Positions 1 to 42,025 of a DNA stretch of 64,000 nucleotides are shown here, piece after piece. The translations under genes and the position numbers were made by a program. The stretch lies in NCBI GenBank assembly GCA_963693365.1, contig CAVNZM010000001.1:14060418-14124417 (forward strand). Reading direction: 5' to 3'. Position 1 is the stretch's first letter, and every line of letters begins with the position of its first letter. Under the pieces are notes generated by a model. It searched no databases. It saw only the letters and a program-made list of their open reading frames with translations, and was not told where the DNA came from. The stretch is from Amoebidium appalachense. Its lineage: Eukaryota > Protista > Ichthyosporea.

Positions 1-132
1 GCGTGTTTGTCTTTTGTCATGTTTGTGTCCGTGTGCATGCATCTGTGTGTATGTGTGTGTGTGGGGGGAGGGGGGGGGGGGGGGGGGGGGGGGGAAGGAG
101 GAGTAAGCAAGAGGGGCCGAAAGGAATAATAC

Positions 133-14514
<14,382 letters not shown>

Positions 14515-16275
14515 GGTGCTGGTTTGTTTATAAGGGCAGACCCCTCATTAATTACACGATTGAGTTGTGTTTCCGGGCACAATAACTTGTGCCATGCATG
14601 CCTCATTGAGGTTTTACCTATCATGTTATGAATAAATGGTTGGTTGGCTGGCACATGTTCGTGCTCTTATTTCTTATACTACACTGGTATGAACAGCTTT
14701 CACCGGTTCTCAAAATATTCGGAGAAGGTCCCAGCGTCAGGCCACAAAACAGGCAATTTGGTAGCTGGTCTTACAGTTAGCACACGCGCTCATATCACTG
14801 TTATATATAGGTAAAAGAAGAATAAATCGAAAGGCTTCGCGAGCCCCTACAAGCTAGTCCGAGTTCCTCTCTAGAGGTCAGAGTGGAACATCTGGCGAAA
14901 AGCCTCTTGCATGGATCACGAACGTACACCACGGTGGCAGTTGTTCAAATACCACCATCATACTCGCCAAAGCTCTTTCCCAACTGCATTACTCTAACCT
15001 AATACGCTCGCGAACCTTGTATAGTATTCTAAACTACCAAGCGGTTTTCAATCTCCGAGCAAAACACTGAAAAATCTTGTCATGTGCAGTTCAGAGTCGG
15101 GCCTGTTCTTGGGCACCGACGCACCGTGCTTCAGCGCAGCATAACTTGAGCAAGGAGGCTCAGTTGGTCAAAAGCCAGAATTTTACTTCGCTCTACGTAA
15201 GCCGGGCTATATGCACCACCATAACCATAATCAGGCTGAGTATCATATTGTAACAGAAGCAGTTTCGGAAATTTTAGTTTGTAGTGGAAGACACAAAGGT
15301 ACTCAAGTTGTAACATTTTCCAGCCAATTCGTTATATTCTCACGAAGAAAAAAGACGAAAAAAAATTACCCGCCTCCAAGGTTGATGCGTTGGTAGCCAA
15401 CCCACTAGCGCCATTTTAATAGCCGCATTGATTGGACAGTCTTTCACCTTCGTGTTTGCTGCTTTTTCAGGTGAACAGAGAACGGTGCCTTCCATTTTCT
15501 CGGCACGTGCCAAATCCTTCAAAAATAAAAAAGCCGTTTGGCACGTAAATAGACACGCATGGGGGCCACACCTCAATAAGAAAGTCTAAAAAACTTTCCT
15601 TGGAGGCACACGGAAATCAACATTCCCGATAATATTTACGTAACAAAGCAACCCGGATTTTCGTGGCCTAAATATCCACGGCTGGTCCCAGTGGCCCTCA
15701 TCTTCGGAACCTCGAAATAAAACGGCAGGGCCGGTATGCATGCGTTTGTGCAGTTGTGTGGACATGTTCCACTGTGCTGTGTGCGTGTTTGAAGCAGTAT
15801 AATTGGCCAAAGCACCGTGCACGTGTGTAGATGCACACAGGCACACTGTAATCGGTGGTCCACCAGTCCAAGCTGGCATGCGTATTAAGTTTGTCATTCT
15901 CAAGCCAAGTTTATGTGTTGAAGGGAACCACAGGAAACTCTGGTGAGTGCTCAAGCATCTACCTGAAGTTTATACTGTCACTACGATTTATGCCAGTTTT
16001 GGGCACGTCTATGTCTGCTATAGCAGCTTACAATTATCCACCAAGTCTTACTACCACCATCGTAGGGGTACAGATGCGGGTCTAGTATCAAGTCAATCCA
16101 CGTTCTACTGCACAGCTAAACTTTAGTAACCCTCTTATCCTTTAGTCATGCTCGTTGTAATAGGACATTTACCGATGGGCATACTTCGAATAAACATTCG
16201 GAAAAGAAAAAAAACACCGTGTTTCAAAGTCCAAGAGCTAAATGTGCAACGCAACCCCCCCCCCCCCCCCCCTCC

Positions 16276-16359
<84 letters not shown>

Positions 16360-16674
16360 AACCAAAAAAACCTTCCACACGTTTCTCTTTCGTACGTATA
16401 AAGTTTGTCGAAAAACGGGCATCCATATGCTAGGGGATGATGTTTGCCTACTGTTAGATAGCCAACCGGTCCTGGCAAGGAAAGGAAAGAAACCCCTGCT
16501 AAGTTGAATGGGAAAAAAGAAAGGAAATGTGCACAGTGTCAGAATGTGCGTGTGTACTGAGAGAAGCAGGGAGGGGGTGAGAGGGAGGAGGGTGGGGGTG
16601 GGGGTGGGTGAGTGGGGTGGGGGTGGGAAGGGAGGGAGGGGGGGGGGGGGGGGGGGGGGGGGGCTCCTTCTTCT

Positions 16675-31834
<15,160 letters not shown>

Positions 31835-33287
31835 TTTCCCGGATCCCCTTTGCTCTTTCCGCTTGGATCTCTGGATCTCTGTATGTAGGTATCCCTAAAG
31901 CCGCAGTTCAGTTAAATGAGCTCTTTTAAGTTAATGTGCGCACTAATGGACGATTGACCAACACACGCTCGCTTTGCACGGTTCGGGTATATGGGAAAGC
32001 AAAGCGAAGGTTGAAGGTATGTGGGTTATGTCATGTACAGTCGAACATCTGGCCCTGTGTGCGTGTCTCTGTCCGTTTATTTAGGTGTGGCCCATGGGCA
32101 ATGATCTTGTTCCGGCTTTGGAGATTTAGCGACAAAGGCGAGAAAAATGGCTGGCCAGATCAAAGTCACTACCCTTTCACGGCCGCGAAAGAAGGAAGTG
32201 TAGAGAGAAAAGGAAAAGCAAGCGAATCTGATGCCACGAAGGATAAATAGCGCCCAAAAATGGCTTCTCTCTAGGGCTGTTTTCCAGGCGCACTATGCTT
32301 AACAAACAATAGCAGACTGCGTCGCGTGTCTCCTTTAAAAACCTACTACATACACCCGGTTTTCAGCTGCAGGGACGTGGAAACTAAACCTGTGCCGGGT
32401 GTGCTATGTTAATAGGCCTTCCAGCTAGTTTTTTTGCACGTACTCTGAACGTGGCATTGCTTTGTGTAGTGGCAGGTGGTTCGGAAGCTAAAAGGATGGA
32501 AAATATTATAGAGTTGGTAGGCTATATTACCCTTATAAAAAACCTCATGACCTTAAAACATTCCTTCTCTCAGTTCTCTGTATACTGAGTTAGCTGGGCT
32601 GTGTCAAGGTCAGAGTAGGAGGGAGGCCTTGGTCAGTGCTTCGAGTCATGAAAAATAATTATAACGGACGAAAAGCCAAAAGAGCAAACCAATCCGCAGC
32701 CACAGAAATAAGTCAAATATAGTAAGTATTTATAGGTCACTCAATTCTCAAACCTCGGGAATAACAAGGCACTCAGGTTGCACGTGCGCACCCAGGCTCC
32801 TTGAACAGCGCTAGCATGCCGCAGACTGCGTCAGCGGACTCAACAGCGATGTTTTTTGTTGTAGTTCTGTGACATTATTTTTTGGTTGTAGGTTTTATAA
32901 ACGAAAGCACAAGAAGTCAAATTTTACGTACAACATCTCAGCACCATTTTAGGCTTTTGCACGCGCCAGCGTGGACTCACTTCTTCATAGTTGCTTCGTC
33001 AAGAGGCCGCGCGAAAACGCCCGTGTGGCAGCCCTCTAAAAGAAAAATAATAACTGTACAAGTAAATTCGCGGGCACAACTGTTCCAGAATATTTTCTAC
33101 GAGAAGCCAAAATTTTTGGGGGGGCGTTTCAACAGTTGAACCTTTATCTCCCTCTCACTTGGGCCTCCCCAAGGATCTATGTCCCCTGACTAGGAGCAGA
33201 AACACAGTACTCATCCAACTATTGAATCCCCCCAATACGTCCACTGTTAGCGCAACACAAAGCGAGTTCCTAGCTTTAGTTGTCGCC
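31835..33287. promoter_or_regulatory. Divergent intergenic region, probable bidirectional promoter (gene 2 / RPA12)
   Basis: Lies between head-to-head ATGs at 31834(-) and 33288(+) and is conspicuously free of the simple repeats found in flanking introns. No specific motif is called. Confidence 0.5.
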
Positions 33288-33443
33288 ATGCCTGACTTTG
33301 GAGAGACCAGCCTGGGCAATCCGCCCTTCTGCCTGACCTGCGGCACTATTCTACCGCTGCCCGGGGTGTCGGACGTGGTAGAGTGCAAGTGCTGTGGCCA
33401 CAGAGAGCCTATTTCAGGTGTGTGTGGGTGTGGGTGTGTGTGC

Positions 33444-33487
<44 letters not shown>

Positions 33488-34290
33488 TGTGTGTGTGTGT
33501 GTGCGTGTGCGTGTGTGTGTGTGTGTGTGTATTTGTCTGTCTGTCTGTCTGTGTGTGTGTGGGATAGGGGAGAAGGGGAGAAGAGAGGAGCTTAGTGGCG
33601 AGGGAGGAAGAGAGGAGGAGGGGGTGGGAGGGGGTGGTATTTTTGTGTTTGAATGCTTGGTGATGGCCCGGTGGTTGTGCTCTTTGAGGTGTGTGTGCTT
33701 CGTGTGCTTGTCTATGCCTTGATGCAATGCTGTGTGTATGCGCGTGTATGCCCACATTTTTTGAACAAGTGCTCAAGTTTCCGGTGTGTGCTGGGGGCTC
33801 ATTGATGGTGTGCACACGTACGGTTGCATGGAAGGTTTCGTATGCATGCAGGTTTTCAAGTGTACACATCTGTGTGCAGCTGCAGTGTGCTTTGGGGGAT
33901 TTGGAGGTGGGGCGGAGAGAGGGGGGAGGTGTAAGTGTGGGGATGGGCCTCAGGGGGGCCGGGGGGGGGGGGGGGGGGGTCGCCTGAGTTTGTCTCCAAG
34001 CACCTACTTTCATTTTCTGTCTGTAATTGTCTCTCTGTGCTGTTTACTGTATCTGTGTGAGCTGTATGTGGTCGGGGGAGGGGGGAGGGGGTGAGGGAGG
34101 AAAGGAGGGGAGGGGATGGTGGGGAGAAGGGGGGGGGGGGGGGGGAGGGGGGGGGGGAAAGGGGGCACAAACGAGCAAGAAGTGGTATTTTTGTGTGTGT
34201 TTGTATCCAGGGGCATGTGTGTGTGTATGGATGATGCATGCTGTTTTGGGGTACAGATGCCTGTTTGTGTGGCCTCACCAAACGCACGTG

Positions 34291-34325
<35 letters not shown>

Positions 34326-34655
34326 CACACACATGCACGCACGCACACACACGTTTATCGCATGTGTCACCCACCAGCTCTATCTGTCCCCGCGATGAAA
34401 CCAAAACAGTCGCTAAATGAATTAAACCTTGGGTTCATATTCCGTGTTATTCTAGAACCACACCTCATATTCCGTCGTATTCTGAAACCACACCACCAAG
34501 AGCATCTAGCAGACATTGCACTTTCCCTCATACATCACGTACAGCAAGCTGTGCAATCTGTTATATGTATTCACTACATATCTATGCATACACGACGACC
34601 CAGCATTTCCAAGCCATCCACAACTCGCTGCTAAGTCTGCCACTATCCAGACACA

Positions 34656-34686
<31 letters not shown>

Positions 34687-34705
34687 ACACACACACATGT
34701 ACATG

Positions 34706-34744
<39 letters not shown>

Positions 34745-35376
34745 ACACGTGCACATGCAGGGTTTATCGGCAAGGAGCACACACAGAAGAACAGACCGAA
34801 TGCATTTGCATCCGTCAACAGGGCAAAGGCCGCTGCACGGGTCAAGGAGAAGGCTGCCACTGTATGTTTTCCCACGTTTTTTTTTTTTTTTTTTTTGAAG
34901 GGGGGGGGGGGGGGGGGGGGGGGGGGGTGGTATTCTGTGTTGTGTTTTTCTCCTTTATATTCTAAGCTGAACTTTGTTTGCCGCCCTTTAGTGCATATAT
35001 TCCTGCTCAGGTTTTATTTTTGTGACGTTTTGTGTTTTGTGCTTTGGTTTCCCCTCCACATATCCAGCCCTCCAATGTATGCTTCCCCCCCCCCCCCCCC
35101 CCCCCCCCCCCTTCCCTCCCCCTCCTCTTCGATCGGGTGTGCTTTTCTTGTCTGTTTATTTTTTATTTTTATTTTTTTTTGGGATAAGTGCCGTGATGTT
35201 ATTTGTCGTGAACATGAACTTCATGCTCTGTACCACATCCCCCCCCCCCCCCCCCCCCCCCCCCAACCCTCTCTCCCCCTCTCCCCCTCTCCCCCTCTCC
35301 CCTTCTCCCCCTCTCGCCCTCCCCTTGCCTCCCCCATCTTCTATGTAGAAGGTTGGGGGTCTGGTGTGTTTGTGTG

Positions 35377-35442
<66 letters not shown>

Positions 35443-35491
35443 GGGGATGAAGGGGATGTGGATGAGGTGTTGGGGACCATTAAGCATTTGC

Positions 35492-35528
<37 letters not shown>

Positions 35529-35786
35529 GGAGGGGGGGGGGGGGGGGGGGGGGGGGTGAAGGGGATGTGGATGAGGTGTTGGGGACCCTTAAGCATTTGC
35601 GTCCTCTGGCTAGAAAAGATTTTTCTTTTTTGGTGGAAAGGAGGAGGAGTGACAACAATGGAATAGACCCATGTTACACAGAGGTTTTTCCAACACACCT
35701 TCAATCTGACGAAGGCACATTGAGGGATGTGCACATATTCACACGCGCACCTACATTCCCACACAGACATACACACACATGCACAT

Positions 35787-35823
<37 letters not shown>

Positions 35824-36206
35824 CACATACACACACGTACACACACACACACACACACACACACGTCTACACACGCCTACACACATCTACACAGGCACAC
35901 TCACACTCACACTCACAGATGCACACATTTATTCGACACCCACAATCATCCTACCCCCACCCCCGCACCTTTCCTAATCCATACCACGACAACTCCCCAC
36001 CCATTTCAATCCAAGAATTATTAATCTAAGCTAAAACGTATTGTCTCAACCTAATACTTGATTGTTTAACCCCATGCAGATCAACGAGCAGTGCCCCGAG
36101 TGTGGGCACCGTGAGATGTCCTTCCACACCATGCAGCTGCGGTCGGCTGACGAAGGCCAGACCGTGTTCTACACGTGCCTCAAGTGCGGGTACGTGACAC
36201 ACACAT

Positions 36207-36257
<51 letters not shown>

Positions 36258-36330
36258 GCCACTGCCACTGCCACTGCCACTGCCACCACTACCACCATTG
36301 CCACCCATCACTCCCCCATTCACCTCCCAG

Positions 36331-36382
<52 letters not shown>

Positions 36383-37367
36383 TTCCCCCGGTGTGTCTGT
36401 TTTGCTGGTTTGCTTTGTTTTTCTCGTTTTTATATGTTCATGTGTGATTTTGGTGTATGTTTTTGGACTCCCCTTCCTCTGTTTCTCCACTCCCTCTCTC
36501 CTTCCCGCCCTCCCTCGTTCCAGCCCTCTCTATCCCTCTCCTTTTACCCCCTTCCCCCCCCCCCCCCCCTCCCCCCCTCCCCTCGTTCTGTCTCACTCCC
36601 CCCCCTCCCCCCCCCCCCCCCCATACACACACACACACACACCGCTAGCTTCGTCTCTCTATATCTCTGTACTTCTCTCTCCTTCCTTCTTTCCCCAGTC
36701 CCTTCCCGTCCTTCCACGCACACACTGTCTCTTTCACAAAAGGATTGGTAATCAAAAACAGATGTGTATGTGCAATTTACCACCCAGTAAGGCTGCACGG
36801 GTGGGGATTGGGGTGGCACACTGTGCGTGTGGATGGGTGGGTGGGTGGGTGTGGGGGAAGGGGGGAGGGGGGAGGGATGCATATGGAGTTTTTATGGCGA
36901 TGTTGAGTGACAGAAAAGACGGGGGAATGGTTGGCATATTCGTTCGAGTAGGATGGATGGGAATGAATAGTAGATGGCAAAAGGTGGATACATATGCAAG
37001 GGCATGCTTTTTGTAACTTGAAGGGATGGATGGCTTGGGAAGAGGGACCTCGGTCGGCACCCCGGATGGTGGTGGTGGTGGGAAGGGGGGGGGGGGGGGG
37101 GGGCTTGGTTTGTTCGAGTAGATCCAGGCACGTGCTCATTGGTGTATTAATGCTCGTGTGTGCGTGCACAGCATGCGCGATAGTGCCTGGTTGTAGGTGC
37201 ACGGGTGCCTGCCTGCCTCCCTGCTGGTGGGTGGATGGGTGGGTGGGTGTCTTCTAGTGTGTGTGTGTGCACTACCACACCGCATCCCCTATTGGCCCGT
37301 TAGATTCGTGCAGTCTGCTGACATTCAATAATCCATTTACAGGTACAATTTCTCGGTCAATTCGTGA
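33288..37367 (+). CDS. RPA12: RNA polymerase I subunit RPA12 (POLR1H/ZNRD1), 121 aa, 4 exons
   Basis: Exons 33288-33417, 34761-34861, 36080-36189, 37343-37367. N-terminal zinc ribbon [12 protein letters not shown]...CKCCG and TFIIS-like C-ribbon [40 protein letters not shown]; [11 protein letters not shown] is the RPA12 signature. Confidence 0.97.
35448..35607. repeat. Short intronic tandem duplication
   Basis: TGAAGGGGATGTGGATGAGGTGTTGGGGACC(A/C)TTAAGCATTTGCGTCCTCT twice, each preceded by a T-run and a G-run. Confidence 0.9.
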
Positions 37368-38328
37368 AGGAACACAACCTCATCGTTCCTCTTTTACCTC
37401 ACTACCGTTCTTCCCATTATACCTATTTTTAGATCGAGTGCCGATTCGTAGCTGTAGTGTAGATTTAAATACAAAGCACATTAGGACATTGCACAAATTG
37501 GAAGAAATGACATGATTTGCCGTGGTGATATACTACCCATGTTATCTACAATGGGCTGTCCTGCCCCTTTTCTCGTTGTTTGCCTGTTTGCTTTGCCTGC
37601 TCTACGCAGATTAGCCATATAAGGATATTTAAAAAAAACCGTTTTTACGAAAGGGGGCCCTACGTGTCTCTGTTTGTTTGTAAGGGTACTTTTTTAGTCC
37701 ATGTCGCTCTTGGTGTAAAAGTGCATGCCCGCCTTTTTTTGTGTGTGTGGTTTTTTTTTTTTTTTTTTGAGAGGTGAGGGGGGAGCCTCAGGGGGAGAGA
37801 TGTGGGGGGGGGGGGGGGGGGGATATCAATATATCAGGAAATTGATTGAATGAGATGGGTTTAAGACGTCATCATGGCGATGGTTGGGGAGTTCTGTGAC
37901 TGCTGGTTCAGTCACCCAATGGTTAATATCTAGGTGAGCAACAATTAATAAAAAACTCTCTGACAAGCTGTTTGGGTTTTAGACACAATCGGCGCCATAT
38001 GCATTATCCGTAGTCGCGCCTGGTATACATGTCACTGGTTTATTGCCACTTTGAACAATGTGAGTGCCTTCTAGGGTTCATGCAATGGGGGTTTCTTTAA
38101 CAAAATAACGGATCCGGGTCGGGTCAGACCCGAAAGCGATTTGCACTTTATGACTGGCGAGATGTGCATCAAACGGCATTTTGGCCTGACCAGAAAGGGC
38201 CTACAAATCGGCTTACGTATTTGTTTTTAGCAATGAACCTCTATCCCTCTCCCCCATCCCCTTTCTCCCTCTTTCCGTCTCCCTCTCTAGAGCTCCCTCT
38301 CTCCCTCTCTCCCTCTTTCCCTCTTCCT

Positions 38329-38384
<56 letters not shown>

Positions 38385-38755
38385 CCTCTCCCCCGGGCCC
38401 CGGGCCAATATATTCGAGCATAGCAACCACAACAACAACAACAACAACAACAAAAAAGAAAAAAAAAAAAGAAAAAAAAAAAACAAAAAAAACGCAGTCA
38501 CCTACATGTAACACAGGCCACCACAGCCTATTACGAACACTGGCCAAAAAGAATGAACAAACACATCCCATGTGCCACACACGATCATTGATGCGCGCGC
38601 AAAGTCGCTAATATAATTCTATAAATGGAGTTAGGACCATGAATGATCTTAACATTATGCTTCCGAATGCAACGTTAACCCCAAAATATAAGAAACGGCA
38701 TTACGATGATTTGCATGCAAGCCTCTTGAAGACGGCAAGGGAAGCCGATACAATA

Positions 38756-38805
<50 letters not shown>

Positions 38806-39157
38806 TTTCTCCCCTTCCCCCCTCCTCTTCCTCACTCTCTCTCTCTTTCTCTCTCTATCTCGCTTTTGCCCCCCCTCCCCCTCCCCCCCCCCTCCCTCCC
38901 CTCCCCCCTCCCTCCTTAGCCCCTTGGGAAATTTAACGACGCTTTGAAAAATCGGTCTTCGATTTTCAGTCAGATATCAAAATTTGCGGCAACCCAACCA
39001 GTGGGCCCGCTAAAGTGGAAACAGCATCACATCATGTGAGCTATTTATAGGTTATTCGCCAATACGTTAAGAATGTGCTAGGTGGAGCCTATGATTGCAT
39101 TCATTTAAATAGTTGAATCCATTTTCAATGTTGAATCCATTCGGCTACCCCCTCCCC

Positions 39158-39214
<57 letters not shown>

Positions 39215-39275
39215 CACACACAAACCCCCCCCCCCCCCCCCTCCCCCCCACCTCACCGGTCCCAGCCCTTACATG

Positions 39276-39308
<33 letters not shown>

Positions 39309-39681
39309 ATCCACACCCACACCCCGATCCAAAAAAAAAGATAAAAAAAAAAAAAGGAAACAGAAAAACCAATATCCATCATTTTAGCCCACGGGTTCAA
39401 CCCCGTACTACTCCTTCAGGATCTATGCTATAAAAGTACCTAATCAATTGCATCATATAACGTGTTACAAGATACTTAGTCTATTACGTTAAGCATAGAT
39501 TGTTCAGGTTCCATAGAAATCTACCATCTACCTGCAAAAAAAGAAAAAGAAAAAACACAAACAAAAAAGGCGTTTGCATAACCATACCTGAACGGGAGGA
39601 CGGGTAAAACCAGGTTATGTGTGCTCCATGTACAAACGGGGAGTGCATTACGGTGAGACTGTCTGTGTTGGACGACGTGTG

Positions 39682-39754
<73 letters not shown>

Positions 39755-39807
39755 GGTGGACATCTCTCTTCATGTATACTTGAGCTCAACCCTACAGTCC
39801 TCCCCGC

Positions 39808-41856
39808 TTATTCCGGCGCGCACTTTTTGTGCACGATAAACACACACGAATCCCTTTCACATTTGATCGCCAAACCCGACAAAAATGCATTCCCGATCCC
39901 TTTACCGCAATTCACGCACTTTTTCCCTTTCACCGAGCACGCCACATACGTGTGTTCATGCGTGCTCGCACTATTCAACGTGCCGCATATAGACGGCCCG
40001 GGTTTCCCACCCAAATCTCCGCTCATAGGCAAACCCACATCTCCCGGAAAATCGATCGTCACGCCGTCCTCCCCAGCCTGAAAAACCGGTGGAGACAGTG
40101 TTGAAATTACGGAAATTTGGGGGGCCTCAGCTGCCGGCGCCGTCGGCCTAACACCCGAGGTTTGCCTCCTGTCCGTCACCATGACAAGTCCCGACCCGCT
40201 ACCCGAACTATCCATGCTCCCTTTCCGTGACCGACCCCCACCGGGAGAACCCGAAAGTCTCCCCCCCACCATCAGGGGGCTAGGGGGGGCACTAGTCGTA
40301 GTCAACTCGAATCCGCCCATGTCGCTATCCTCCTCGAAAAGGGGCAATTCCTTAATCTGGGACCCCCCCGACTGGCTCAATGTCGACATATAGGAACCCC
40401 CCGACGAATATCCGCCCTCGTCGTCTATTGACGGCTCGCGGCTACACTCGCGGCTGGCAGAATCGGAAAACATGGCCGATCCGCCCAGGTTGGGGACGTT
40501 GTCGACGCTGTTTGCTCGCCGTACAGACGAAATTAGGAGCTGGCTCTGTGTGCGAAGGAGCGAAGGTTGGTGGGACCGCACCCCAGATGTCCTCGGCATG
40601 GACTGGGCCGACGCCGGAGCGGAATTTGGACCCCCCCTGTGTCCCAAAAAAGTTGGGTTGTAGGCACCCTGTGCACGAACAATCTGCTCTTGGTAGTACC
40701 TCCGCATCCACCGTGCGAGAGCGTAAAAAAGTGACGTGCACCGGGGGTTCACAACGGAAATTTCAATGTGGGGGGTTTTTATGTCGCGCAATTTCTTTCG
40801 CAGCGACGACACGTGTATTCTGCACGCGCTGGATTTATCCACGAGATCCGCCTTTGTGCCCACGAAAAGTATTGGGACCCCTGAATCCGCCCCCCTCGCA
40901 ACCAGGATCCGGTTGCGAATTTCGCGGCATTTTTCGAAAGTTGCGGGGTCCGTAAGGTCGTGCACTAAGATGAAGCTGTGGCCGGTTTCAAAATAGCGGG
41001 ATTCTTGGCTTAGTCCCCTTGAACCCCCCCCGGTGTCCACAATTTCTAACGTGCAATCAACACCCTCTGCCTGAATCGTTTTCGTGACCCGATCCTCTGT
41101 TGTCGGTACGTGGCCGTCAACAAATGCCCCGGTGGCAAACCTTTGAGTGAGCGCCGTTTTTCCAACCCCGGGGGGTCCAAGAACAACTACGCGCATAGAA
41201 CCCCCGCCCAACACGTGCGAGACGTCCTTCACCTCCATTATTTTGATAAAATCCTGCGGCGATGTCGAAACTTTTACCCGCTCGAGTTTCCGTAATTGCC
41301 ACGCCGGCAGGCCGCCCTGGGAGGTGGGTACGGACGAAGGTGGTGCGGTTCTGAGCTCGTGTACCTGCGCCGGGTGTTTTTGCTCGACCATTTTATGCAC
41401 GCTGGGAACAACAACCAGACTACCGCTCTTTTTCAATGACCCATTCTGCTGCCTGCCGTTTGGTGATCCACCCGTTCCCCCCGTGACCCTCCGAGTATGA
41501 AATGCGAGAGTGTTGTCGTCTAAATTCGGGAGATGTGGCTCAGATACTGCCCTTCCCCTTTTGCCAAACGAAGTTGTGCTTGTGGTTTGTTCGGGGTCGA
41601 TCACCGTTAGCGTGAATGATGGCTGCCGTGTTGTGGATCTAGACAAGGGGGGGTTTTTCAGGTCACCGCTACTGCCGTGGCTACCTGTCAACATGCCTGA
41701 AAAAAGCTTCCCCCCACTATCCCCCGAACTTACATGTTTTACGTCTAACGGTTTGGTAAAATTCACATCTTCAACTTGTCGTTGCAGTAGTAGGAGGGAC
41801 CCTGTTCTGGCCCGCCGCCCACCATCTGACTTCGGTGATTGCCGAGTTAACGGCAT
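39808..41856 (-). CDS. 682-aa single-coding-exon protein: CRIB-like motifs, atypical Ras-family GTPase domain, C-terminal C1-like zinc finger
   Basis: Uninterrupted 2049-nt ORF. G1 GPPGVGKT, G2 VPTTED, G3 DTGG, G4 TKAD, G5 EISV (nt ~41196-40700). C-terminal HEHTYVACSVKGKKCVNC...IKCERDSCVFIVHKKC. An in-frame stop upstream supports ATG 41856 as start; a CAG acceptor near 41925 suggests a 5' UTR intron. Confidence 0.9.
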   Translation of the reverse strand: MPLTRQSPKSDGGRRARTGSLLLLQRQVEDVNFTKPLDVKHVSSGDSGGKLFSGMLTGSHGSSGDLKNPPLSRSTTRQPSFTLTVIDPEQTTSTTSFGKRGRAVSEPHLPNLDDNTLAFHTRRVTGGTGGSPNGRQQNGSLKKSGSLVVVPSVHKMVEQKHPAQVHELRTAPPSSVPTSQGGLPAWQLRKLERVKVSTSPQDFIKIMEVKDVSHVLGGGSMRVVVLGPPGVGKTALTQRFATGAFVDGHVPTTEDRVTKTIQAEGVDCTLEIVDTGGGSRGLSQESRYFETGHSFILVHDLTDPATFEKCREIRNRILVARGADSGVPILFVGTKADLVDKSSACRIHVSSLRKKLRDIKTPHIEISVVNPRCTSLFYALARWMRRYYQEQIVRAQGAYNPTFLGHRGGPNSAPASAQSMPRTSGVRSHQPSLLRTQSQLLISSVRRANSVDNVPNLGGSAMFSDSASRECSREPSIDDEGGYSSGGSYMSTLSQSGGSQIKELPLFEEDSDMGGFELTTTSAPPSPLMVGGRLSGSPGGGRSRKGSMDSSGSGSGLVMVTDRRQTSGVRPTAPAAEAPQISVISTLSPPVFQAGEDGVTIDFPGDVGLPMSGDLGGKPGPSICGTLNSASTHEHTYVACSVKGKKCVNCGKGIGNAFLSGLAIKCERDSCVFIVHKKCAPE

Positions 41857-41933
41857 TCTATAAGAATGTTGGCTAAGGATCCCTGTGTAGGATCATTTTG
41901 GAGAGCGCCTAATGGAATGGGACCTGCAAGTAG

Positions 41934-42025
<92 letters not shown>

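Noticed and set aside
14750-15350. Coding-like, repeat-free sequence upstream of gene 1
   Set aside because: Only short stop-interrupted frames and no motif I can identify; it needs a translated search.
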